DNA of 63,331 nt, filler included, from Octopus bimaculoides (taxonomy: Eukaryota): assembly GCF_001194135.2 (NCBI RefSeq). It is 8 parts of 8 records of this genome, joined end to end, with 100 filler letters (N's around TTAATTAATTAA, not from the genome) between each part and the next. Parts side by side here need not be neighbours in the genome. Positions count along the whole stretch, not along the records: positions 51,163 to 57,830 come from NC_068991.1; positions 57,931 to 63,331 come from NC_068983.1; 6 more parts are not named here. One strand, given 5' to 3'. Both the position numbers and the translations under genes were made by a program. Position 1 is the first letter of the stretch; each line of letters starts with the position of its first letter. Positions 53,044 through 63,331 of this stretch are shown in pieces. The notes beneath the pieces are model-generated. The model saw only the letters and a list, made by a program, of their open reading frames with translations. It was not told where the DNA came from and ran no database searches.

Positions 53044-53554
53044 CATTTTCATTGTGAAAGCCATTTGATGTACTTAACTCATCGTTTGGTTCCAGTGATG
53101 GAACAAGGTTGGAAATTGTGGATGACATACTGGATTGTCGTGAATGCTTGTTACTGGATCCTGAAGATATCTTCTTCGTCTCATTGAGAAATTCAAACAA
53201 AGCATCATCAGAGTCTTTCTTTTTACTGTTTCTTGTTGGGCTTGACGATGCAGCATTTGAAAACTTCTTACTCTGTTTCAATGGAGTGCTCACCATTGAA
53301 CTGTTTAGATCTGTGTTTGAATTGTTCATGTCATTCAAATTGGAAGGAACACTATGTGAAGTCCACAAAGAAGGTACTTTTGGTGCCTCCCATGTGTTCC
53401 CAGAGTGACCGCTTTCGGAATTTGCATAATAGCTGTTTGCAATTGGTTTATTTGCCCTGGCAGCTTCGTCTTTGGTCAACGCATCAGCTGCTGATTGATC
53501 AATTCGATTCAAGAAATCTTCTGCTTTCCCTGTTAAGTCAGAAAGCCATGACAT
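53044..53554 (-). CDS. GOLGA5: Golgin-84 first coding exon
   Basis: MSWLSDLTGKAEDFLNRIDQSAADAL and KKKDSDDALFEFLN match the golgin-84 N-terminal motifs (MSWFVDLAGKAEDLLNRVDQ; SEPDDELLFDFLN). Acceptor TTTCAG ends at 53565; donor GT at 53043-42. Confidence 0.9.
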
Positions 53555-56500
53555 TTTCTTTCTGCTGAAATATGAAAATGAAATGTTTTAATGTGACACC
53601 ATCACCATCAAAATCATAATTATTGAATTTTAACATAGACACAAGACCCCAAATTTGGGCAAAAGATGTAATCAATCAAGATTGACTCTGGTTCATAATA
53701 ATTATTAACACTATTATTGATTACAATGTGTAACAAAATTTTTTTTTATTTTTGTCTTTGGCCAGTTAGTATTATTTCCTATTTGCTTCTATCAAGAAAT
53801 CAAAGGAAATGACTAATATTCCCTTCAAGCTTTGCTTTTGTCACTTGGACATCAATGTTTTGAAACTGACTTATTTTCCATTATATTTCAGACAGGTTCA
53901 GTGCTGAGTCGCTGAAATAGAAATATCATTATAGCAAATATTCTGCTCAATACCACAGATTTGCTTATCAGTTGTTTGACCGTAACCACTTGAGCATGTC
54001 CCTTAGTGGCTGACAATAAGTGCAGGAGTAGTTGGGGAGCATCGTAGCCATGTATTGAGAGGGATTCTTTGGGGACTTAACAAATCTCATAACACAAACA
54101 AAGTTTGAAGGAAATATTAGCCATATTTCATACTTTCTAGGGATAAGCAAATGAGAACTAACAGTTGTTGCCCAAGGACAAAAATCATGTTACTCAGTGT
54201 TATCTTTTATCCAAAGTTACAAAATTCAAAACTTGTTTGAGTAAGGCAGCACCATAAGTGAGAAGTGTTCAGATAGGTTTTGAAAAAAGTGTACATTGTA
54301 GATGAGTGTGAAATGAAAGTATAAAATTGACTGCGAAAGTAGTTTTTATGAGGATGACAAACTAATATGAAAATGTGATAGGTAGATTTGCTTTGGTGAT
54401 AAGTGAAAGGTTCCCAAAAGTGAATTTTATGTAATACTAAACTGGACAAATACCCAATCAATATATGAAATATAAATGGATAATGTTTAGACATGCATCT
54501 CATATCCAAGTCATCACATTTTATAGATGCAGACATACAATAATGCTGAACTCAGAAAAAATCATAACCCAAAACTTCCAGTGCCAAGTATTTTAGATAA
54601 GGAATTATCAGCTATATCATCAACAGATTCAGTTGCTACATTTAAGTGGAATGACTGAATTTGTATATTTTCTGCAAGGTGATAGATTTTTCAGTAACAG
54701 TAGAAAGCTAATCTGGATGTTTTAATACAATATGAAGCAGCATCATCATCTTTTGATTTCTCATATTGATGTGAGTTGTATGATTTGATAAGATCCAGCA
54801 AATCAGAAAACTGCATTGAGTTCCAATCTCTACTTTGGTATGGCTTTTGCAGCTGATGCCCTTCTTATTGCTAGTCACCTTACAGAGCAGACTAAATGCT
54901 TTTTTTGTGACACCACCACTAGTGAGGTCACAATATAGATCACAAGACTAAGATCCTCATCAACTGAGTGAGACTACAATAGCGAGAGAGGCAGATTTAT
55001 GCAAGGTAACAAAAGGGTAAAATAGTGGTTTTCAACTGGGGTCCATATAAAATGGGGGGGGGGGGACACAAGCAAAATAGTAAATTGGGGACCCACAGTT
55101 GTATTTTAGTTCAAACTACACATATTAATGAATGAAAAGCAAAACAGGAATTTTGAAAGAAGTATCTACGAAACTAGTTTTTAGAAGTCAAATGGCTATG
55201 AGGTTCCACCAGAATAAAATGGTAAACAATGGGGTCCATAGGTAAAAAAATGGTTGAGAATCACCGGATTAGAATATGAAGGAAGGGACCAGAAGAGGTT
55301 TCTAACTGTAGAGGAGATACATTGATGCTCACATTATACAAGTGTAGGTAGGAGTAATTGGTGTAGAACTAGAAAGAGGGATAAAGATGATGGTGACAAG
55401 GTATCAGGGTGGCATAAGGGGCAAAAGAATAGTGGAAACAAGAATGTATGGAGAGAGTGAAGGATGGTAAGAGCTAGCTCAAGAAGCAAATAAATAACAA
55501 TGCAGCTTCACTCTCACCTTCAACATTTAAACCAGCCACACCCAGCCCAAATTCTACCTGTTTTACATTCAAACTGGCGATATCTAGCTTCTCACAACCC
55601 TACACTGACATTCTAAAAATAAACAATTGTATCATTGAAAGTTCAAAACTATGATATAATGCGTGATTAATACAAAACAATATGAATAAATAAGCATTAC
55701 ATTTGACAGAGTAATCTGAATGCTAAAGGGTTCAATAAAAAATATAGTATGACAACAGAAAAAAAATCAGAACAGATTATGGCAAGAAGAGGTGTTCTTT
55801 CCCAAGGGTCACATCATGATGACAAGACAGTGAATTGGCAAAGTCATGAGAGCATCATTGAAAAAGCTCTATGGTATTCATTCCAGCTCTCTGCATTTGG
55901 AGTTCAAATCCTGCTGAGATCAACTTTTCCTTTTGTGTGTGTGTGGAGTNNNNNNNNNNNNNNNNNNNNNNNNNNNNNNNNNNNNNNNNNNNNNNNNNNN
56001 NNNNNNNNNNNNNNNCTTGACACTGCACAATAATCATAAGTAAGTGTGACCACCATTCAAGTAATGTCCTAAGTTTCCAATCTTCTGTGGAAACCTATCC
56101 AGCCATGAGGAAATATTAACTTGCTTGGAAACAAATGAAGGGTGGTAACAGGAAGAGCATTTCATCATCATCATCATCATTTAATATTCGTTTTCCATGC
56201 TTGGATGGGTTGACTGAAAACTGGTAAGCCAGGGACCAGGTTTCAATCTGATTTGGTATGGTTTCTATGGCTAGATGCACTTCCTAACAACAACCACTCC
56301 AAGAGTGTAGTGGGTGCTTTTTACGTTCTACTGGCACAGGTGCCAGTTACACAGCTCCAACATCACCATGACTACGATCTTACTTGGCTTGACAGGTCTT
56401 CTCAAACACAGCATATTGCCTAAGGTCTTGATCACTTGTCACTGCCTCCATGAGGCCTAACATTCAAACAGTGCTTTTTACGTGCCACCAGCACAGGTGC

Positions 56501-57071
56501 CAGTTACATGACACTGGCATTGGCCATGACTATGATTCCACTTGGCTCGATGGGTCTTCTTAAGCATGGCATATCACCCAACGTTTGAGGGTCCTTTTCA
56601 CGTGCCAGTTACACAACACTGGCATTGGCCACAACTACAATTTCACCTGACTTGACGGGTCTTCTCAAGCACGGTATATCACTGAAGGTCTTAGTCACTT
56701 GTCATTGCCTCCATGAGGCCCAAAGTTCAAAGATCATGCTTCACTACCTTGTCCTATGTCTTCCTGGGTCTACCTTTTCCACAGGTTCCCTTCATCGTTA
56801 GAATTCAGCACTTCTTCACACAGCTGTCTTTGTCCATACGCATCACATGACCATACCAGCACAGTCATCACTTATCTGAGTCAATGTGAGCATGGAAATG
56901 TAGACATGATGATGATGATGATGTCTACCAGTCATGGGCAACTTACAACCCACAGGACTTCATGAATGGCATGCCTAAAGAAAAATTATTTACCTTCAAT
57001 TTTTTTAGTAGTGCAGCCCACCTGACAATGATCTATACCTCATGCAGCCCACTTTCTGAAAAAAGATTGCA

Positions 57072-57300
57072 GCCTTCATCAGGTGTCTTGGGGAAATTTC
57101 GAACCTGGGTTCTCAATGAAAAATCAGGTTCGAAATTTCCCCAAGACACCTGATGAAGGCAAGAACCCAGGTTCAAAATTTCCCGAAGACACTTGATGAA
57201 AGCTGGAAGGTATATCAGCCAAAATGTTGTGTTAACAACAAACAAGATGAGGACAAATATCCGTAAAATGTAAATAATGTACATAATTCCTCATCTCTTA
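57072..57300 (+). mobile_element. Penelope-type terminal repeat remnant with 36-bp perfect inverted repeat and decayed hammerhead
   Basis: 57072-57107 is the exact reverse complement of 57125-57160. The third copy gives GACAC-TTGATGA-A-AGCTG..CAGCC-AAAA-T-GTT-GTGTT at 57188-57233. Confidence 0.6.
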
Positions 57301-57593
57301 AATATAGAACAACTTAAACCCTCCCCTGAAATTGCTGGTCTTGAGCCAAAATTTGAAATCGGTATAAGTAAACATAGACTAAAGTATGTTGAAACTGCAC
57401 TAGACTTAATGCTTCATGTCATTTAGCTTTATCCCTGAAAATTCTGAGTTCAAATTCCATTAAGATTGACATGACTATTTAATCCTCTGTAGTGAAACTA
57501 CCTCCCGTCATTAGATACAAAACTACTATCGCCATTACATACAATCTTCTCATTTAAATATAAATAAATGCGAGCGTAGTAGAGAACCCATAC

Positions 57594-57720
57594 CTTGTCA
57601 TCACGTGACTGATCATTATTCGAATCGGCAACTTCTTCGAACCTTTCTCGCCAGAACGCAAACTGACCAATCACGGCCCCTAATAAGGTCACGTGATAGA
57701 GTAAAATTCTGAAGCCATCG
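57594..57720 (-). promoter_or_regulatory. GOLGA5: Probable GOLGA5 promoter and non-coding first exon
   Basis: Minus-strand donor GACAAG|GTATGG at 57594/57593, TCACGTGA at 57601-08 and 57689-96, CCAAT at 57667-71, and local CpG retention upstream of a coding exon that itself begins with a splice acceptor. Confidence 0.55.
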
Positions 57721-57830
57721 GGAGCCCATAGTTTGTTATAAATAGCTTTAACTCATACCCCACAAATTTGTCTCGGTCCAGTTTCTCTTTGAGAACTGTT
57801 CCGTGTACCACACGACAGCAGCAGCAGTTC

Positions 57831-57930
57831 NNNNNNNNNNNNNNNNNNNNNNNNNNNNNNNNNNNNNNNNNNNNTTAATTAATTAANNNNNNNNNNNNNN
57901 NNNNNNNNNNNNNNNNNNNNNNNNNNNNNN
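57831..57930. other. Artificial scaffold join
   Basis: N44-TTAATTAATTAA-N44. Confidence 0.95.
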
Positions 57931-58660
57931 ATAAAAGACACCATTTCGAGCGTGGCCGTTTTCGTGCGGGTGACACGTAAAAGCACCCACTACACTCTCT
58001 GAGTGGTTGGCATTAGGAAGGGCATCCAGCTGTAGAAACTCTGCCAAATTAGATTGGAGCCTGGTGTAGCCATCCGGTTGCACCAGTCCTCAGTCAAATC
58101 GTCCAACCCATGCTAGCATGGAAAGCGGACGTTAAACGATGATGATGATGATGATATATATATATATATATGATGGGCTTCTTTCAGTTTCTGTCTACCA
58201 AATCCACTTACAAGGCTTTGGTCAGCCAGAGGCTATAGCAGAGGGCACCTGCCCAAGGTACCATGCAGTGGGTCTGAACCCAAAACCATGTGGTTGGGAA
58301 GCAAGCTTCATACTGTTAATTTCTTGATTTATCTTTGATGCCACTGCATGTGTGTGTGTGTATATATATATCATCATCATTTAATGTCTGTTGTCCATGC
58401 TGGTATGGGTTGGATGGTTTAGCCAGGGTTGGTAAGCTGAGGGGCTGCACCAGACTCCAGTCTGATTTGGCATGGTTTCTATGGCTGGAGAAAAAAAAGA
58501 AAGCCATGTCAAACACACACACACACACCTATACAAACATATACTAACACAAACTTACAGACATTCTCATGCATTTTTACTTTGCAAATGAGAGAGTCAA
58601 GTATTTATTTCTCCCTGCTTTGCCCTTTCATTACTCTCTCGCCTCACACCACCTCGCTTA

Positions 58661-58697
<37 letters not shown>

Positions 58698-58720
58698 AAA
58701 TGAAGCCAGTCAATACTTAC

Positions 58721-58902
58721 TTTAAGGAAACTTTCCAAAGTCTCTTTGTATGCTTTCTGAAACTCCTGTTTTATTTGCACCATATCAACCTCTGAACGCG
58801 ATACGATGATCCGAATTACCGTTTTGTCATCAGTACCAAGTCCTTTCATAGCTTTGTACAGGGCACTGGCAAAAAACATGGCCTTGTTTCGAATGCATTG
58901 AA
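58721..58902 (-). CDS. Annexin exon (repeat IV)
   Basis: VQCIRNKAMFFASALYKAMKGLGTDDKTVIRIIVSRSEVDMVQIKQEFQKAYKETLESFLK. AG at 58904-03, GT at 58720-19; phase 1 to 0. Confidence 0.95.
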
Positions 58903-60370
58903 CTAAAAAGAAAATATAAAAGAGATCAATACAACATAAATGACAACAACAAAAAAATTAATCACTTTTTTATTCGGTCCCAGGACAGTTCTGATAAAGA
59001 ACATCAGATTAAAAGAGAATCCACCCATGACCATCCTATTTTTTTATTATCTATGTTATCCCTCTTTTTTTTTTTGTAAACAGTAAGGTTTGATTTAAAG
59101 AAGATTTAACTGCCATTTTTAGCAAATTGTATATTCTTGATCCTGGTCTAAGTCATTGAGTTTAAATGTTACCCCTACTGTCCCAAAATAAAGCATACAT
59201 TAGAAAATGTAGTCCTAGATATACTATTACACCTATACACCCACCTCTCACACAACTACACCCCAAGAAACCATATATATGTCATACCACCACACACACA
59301 CACAGCTCCCCCTATACTCATCTCTATATGGCTTCTTTCAGTTTCCGTCTACCAGGTCCACTCACAAGGCTTTATTCAGCCCGAGGCTGTAGTAGAAGAC
59401 ACTTGCTCAAGGTGCTACGTAGTGGAACTGAACCCAGAACCATGTGGTTGGGAAGCAAACCTCTTACCACACAGCCACACACACATATATTTATATACAT
59501 ATGCATATATAATGGACCTCCGGTAATTTCTATCTATCAAATTTACTCACAAGGTGTAGTTTAGCCTGCGGTTTTAGAAGACACTTGCCTAAGGTGCCAT
59601 ACATCAGGACTGAACCTAAAACCAAATATATGCACGTTTGTAACAGCCTAAAAATGCATGCATGTAAAAGTGTCTCTCTAGCGCCACGTAAAAATGCCTG
59701 TGTGGCACCATGTAAAAGCACCTGTGTGGCATCACATAAAGGCACCCATGCAGTGCCATGTAAAAGTGCCTGAGTGGTGCCACATAAACGTGCCCATGCG
59801 ACACCACATAAAAGCACCCATGTGATGTTGCCAGTACCTCCTGACTGGCCTTCGTGCTGGTGGTAAGTAAAAGCACTCACTACACTCTCGGAGTGGTTGG
59901 CGTTAGGAAGGGCATCCAGCTGTAGAAACTCTTGCAAATCAGATTGGAGCCTGGTGTAGCCATCTTGTTCGCCAGTCCTCAGTCAAATCGTCCAACCCAT
60001 GCTAGCATGGAAAGCGAACGTTAAATGATGATGATGATGATGTGATGTCACGTAAAAGCATCCAGTACATTCTGTAAAGTGGTTGGGGCTAGGAAGGGCA
60101 TCCAGGCATAGAAACCATGCCACATCAGACCGGAGTCTGGTGCAGCATGCCAGCTCTGGTCAAATTGTCCAACCCATGCCAGCATGGACAACGGGCGCAT
60201 AATGATGATGATTCTAACACTTTATGTTCCATAACCTAGTGTTCCGACAAAATGCATACAATACAAGTTCTGGTGTTGATATAACACCGGAACGTGGGAC
60301 GCCCACCTGGGTACTGTTGAAATAGGCAATCTACGAAACTAAACAAGAAAATGCAGACTGAGTGTCTCAC

Positions 60371-60697
60371 CTATGGCCAGCATACTGTTTTTGAGGTCTC
60401 CTGACATTTCTGATTTGATGACATCTTCTATATCCTTCTGCGATAATAAAATATATTCTTGGAAAGTGGCTCGCAACTGAGAATAGTTCCTTGAACAAAG
60501 AATGGCATTAAAGCGAGACTCATCAGTTCCCCATTTCTTCTCTCCAGCCTTGTAAAGTTCTTCAGCATCTTGCTTAGCCTTGTTTCGATCAAAAGACTTC
60601 TTTTCATCTCGGTTTCCTTGTACAAGACTAATTAACAGGTTCTTGAAGTGTCCTGATGTATCTCCTGCTATGTCATCCTCCAGGCTGTTCTTGAACA
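60371..60697 (-). CDS. Annexin exon (end of repeat II and repeat III)
   Basis: FKNSLEDDIAGDTSGHFKNLLISLVQGNRDE..LYKAGEKKWGTDESRFNAILCSRNYSQL..KSEMSGDL. AG at 60699-98, GT at 60370-69; 327 nt, phase 1-1. Confidence 0.95.
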
Positions 60698-60904
60698 CTT
60701 AGAAGAAAAGGATCAAAGATATTGGTTTTAGATTTAGTATATGCACGAATCAGTAGATGATACATACACACATACTAAACCTATAGATAAATTGACGGCT
60801 ATATAAATATCTGGATATTTTATTTCCTATAATAATGACACAAAGGTATATACAAATAAATACATTTATTTATTATTATACACACATCACATTATATTAT
60901 ATTC

Positions 60905-61310
60905 ATACATGATGATGGCCGTCCACTCGTGACCGAGGAAGACCATTGCCGACCTTCAGGAACATTGTGCACTCTAGGACTAACTTATATTTTGCATTTG
61001 CGGCTCCATTGGTGGTTAATGAGCCCTGCTCTTGACAAGCATACACGACTGCAAACATTGCAGACCAAGCTTTCCCATTCACTATATAAGCCGTGCGCTT
61101 TTGCGCAGCTCACTTAAGTTTTTCATGCTGGATACGTGCTCTCTCAAAAGTGTCGATCCCCTCCTTAACCTGCTTCCTCCATCCGTGGCGATGACAGGCA
61201 TTGTTCTCCCAGTCAGTGTCTTGCATTTTACAGGGCTTTAATGAGGACTTGACACAGTCCTTAAATCGCAGCCTTGGTTTCTGCCGGAGTCTCCTTCCAT
61301 TCATATCACA
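60905..61310 (-). mobile_element. RTE LINE 3' end in an annexin intron
   Basis: GRRLRQKPRLRFKDCVKSSLK..WENNACHRHGWRKQVKEG, then a short UTR ending (CAT)n. Confidence 0.75.
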
Positions 61311-61578
61311 TTATATTATATTCATACATATATAAACACATATACATAGACAGACAAACAACAGTCAGACAGATGTACCGGCTGAAAAGGAGTTAAACAA
61401 TCAAAATGGCAATATATTTTTAGCCTTAGCTATCATGCCAGAACATTCCATTAAAAAAAAATATATAACTATGTAAAATAGAATTTGATTTCTTTTCATT
61501 GTATATAGAATTTGATTTCTTTTCCTGGTATAGATTGAAATGAAGAAAAATTTAAAATAATTAAATTAAGTCACTTAC

Positions 61579-61669
61579 TTGTTTTATAAACTTCTTTGAT
61601 TTCTTTCAGCTGTTGGTTTGTTCTGGTACAGATTATTTCAATCAAAGTTTTCTCATTTGTACCCAAACC
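61579..61669 (-). CDS. Annexin exon (repeat II)
   Basis: [32 protein letters not shown] at 61671-70, GT at 61578-77; 91 nt, phase 0 to 1, splices in frame to 60697. Confidence 0.93.
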
Positions 61670-62659
61670 CTGGATAGAAAAATTTTACCTTAGATATGTA
61701 TGTTAAAAGAAAAGCACTTACAAGTGCATTTGGTCAACAGAAACTGAAAGGAATCCATTGTATATACATGTATACATCTATATTCGTGTGTCTGTATTTG
61801 TTCTCCTCATCACCGCTTTACAGCTGGTGTCGGTGTGTTTATGTCCCTATAACTTAGCGGTTCAGCAAAAGAGACTGATAAAATAAGTACTAGGCTTAAA
61901 AAATTAAGTCCTGGGGTCAATTTGTTTGCCCAAAACCCCACAAGGTGATGCTCCAGCATAGCCACAAATGACAAACAAGTAAGAAGAATAAAAGAGTAGT
62001 TATACATCAAAAGTTCCACTATTTTATTTATATTCTTACTGTCCAGATTTAGAGAGAAGGGCTGGTCACATGACTTTTGACAGACCTCTGAGACCAATGA
62101 CCATTTCTTTACCAATGGACTCCTTTGATTCCAATTTTACTTGGAAGGACCCTAATAGCCATTCGATGCTTAAAAAATTCCCATTATATTCTTATAATTG
62201 AATATTTTTAGAAATTGTATTAAATTCTTTACTCTTTTACTTGTTTCAGTCATTTGACTGTGGCCATGCTGGAGCACCGCCTTTAGTCAAGCAAATCGAC
62301 CCCAGGACTTATTCTTTGTAAGCCTAGTGCTTATTCTATCAGTCTCTTTTGCTGAACTGCTAAGTGACGGGGACATAAACACACCAGTGTCGGTTGTCGA
62401 GTAATGCTAGGGGGACAAACACAGACACACAAACACACATATATATATACATATATACGACGGGCTTCTTTCAGTTTCCATCTACCAAATCCATTCACAA
62501 GGCTTTGGTCGGCCCGAGGCTATAGTAGAAGACACTTGCCCAAGGTGCCACGCAGTGAGACTGAACCTGGAACCATGTGGTTGGTAAGCAATCTACATAC
62601 CACATAGCCACTCCTGCGCCTATGTTAAAATATTGTTAAAATATTTTGTGTATTATAGA

Positions 62660-62840
62660 CACTAGCGTAGCTAGAGTGTGTGCCGCTTGGGGTAGGCTTC
62701 CGTTTGCCGTCCCTGGATCCCACAAGTAATACATATTGCCTACAGCAGACCCAAAAGTGCTGCTGGGTGGGGGTATGTGGACCCCCCCCCCCCCCCNNNN
62801 NNNNNNNNNNNNNNNNNNNNNNNCCCCCGCTATGCTAGGT
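62660..62840. mobile_element. Short TIR element (hAT-like MITE), spanning a small gap
   Basis: Ends CACTAGCGTAGC / GCTATGCTAGG(T); ATTATAGA is duplicated on both flanks (62652-59 and 62841-48). Confidence 0.5.
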
Positions 62841-63145
62841 ATTATAGAAGCAAAACAGATTTATAGCACATTAATTTTAACAGCAAAATCTTATGTGGAC
62901 TCCTTACGTTAATATGGACACCAGTTGAAAACAACTGGTTAAAACAGTTGCAGATCAACACCAACTGGAAAGGCATGAGCAGGGAAAAGATTCCAGAAGG
63001 AAGATGTTCTGGGGGAGGAAGGACTGGACTTAGTTGTTAATGCAAGGCTGGTGGGGTTGGAAGAAATGGAAAAAGTAAAAAGATGAGGGATAATGTACTG
63101 TGCTTATGAAGATCTATTGAGTCAAGTAAAATCACTGTCATGGCT

Positions 63146-63331
63146 GATGCCAGTGCCACCTGACTGGCACCTGTGCTGGTGGCACATAAGAAGCATCATT
63201 TGAGTGCGGTCGATGCCAGTGCCGCCTGACTGGCACCTGTGCTGGTGGCACATAAGAAGCATCATTTGAGTGCGGTCGATGCCAGTGCCGCCTGACTGGC
63301 ACCTGTGCTGGTGGCACATAAGAAGCATCAT
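63146..63331. repeat. 66-bp tandem repeat (about 2.8 units, runs off the window), derived from RTE 3'UTR modules
   Basis: Units start at 63146, 63212 and 63278: GATGCCAGTGCC(A/G)CCTGACTGGCACCTGTGCTGGTGGCACATAAGAAGCATCATTTGAGTGCGGTC. Confidence 0.9.

Noticed and set aside
53109-53568. Plus-strand ORFs as a further HEATR5B exon
   Set aside because: They are antisense shadows of the GOLGA5 exon and do not match the expected next HEATR5 sequence (..AEDLLRTAAQNSRLS..).
58685-61669. Assigning a specific annexin ortholog such as ANXA7
   Set aside because: The N-terminal domain is outside the window and invertebrate annexins do not map simply to vertebrate names; a phylogeny is needed.
63146-63331. 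CRISPR array
   Set aside because: Head-to-tail identical units with no unique spacers, eukaryotic context and no cas genes.

Overview
AT-rich, microsatellite-dense eukaryotic draft scaffold. The SINE/LINE repertoire and intron-rich gene structure point to a coleoid cephalopod, probably Octopus (inference). It contains many N gaps and seven artificial 100-nt joins (N44-TTAATTAATTAA-N44), so order across joins is uncertain. Three host genes are partly present: four exons of HEATR5B (+, 38618-47035), the first coding exon, probable 5'UTR exon and promoter of golgin-84/GOLGA5 (-, 53044-~57700), and three exons of an annexin (-, 58721-61669). I recognise no host exons in 1-32 kb. The rest is transposon debris (R4/Dong-like, RTE, Penelope-like, Gypsy, Tc1/mariner, hAT MITEs, three tRNA-head SINE families) and simple repeats. 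The most interesting signal is a set of minimal type-I hammerhead ribozyme folds from at least three unrelated non-coding repeat families (23568-23604 -, 39680-39763 +, 51559-51644 +, with decayed or half copies at 26870, 50646 and 57188). Several sit beside inverted duplications, and a Penelope-like RT remnant lies at 2760-3385. One apparently intact fold lies in sense orientation in a HEATR5B intron. No rRNA, bona fide tRNA gene or CRISPR array was found. All calls come from manual reading; no searches or folding programs were run, and repeat boundaries are approximate.
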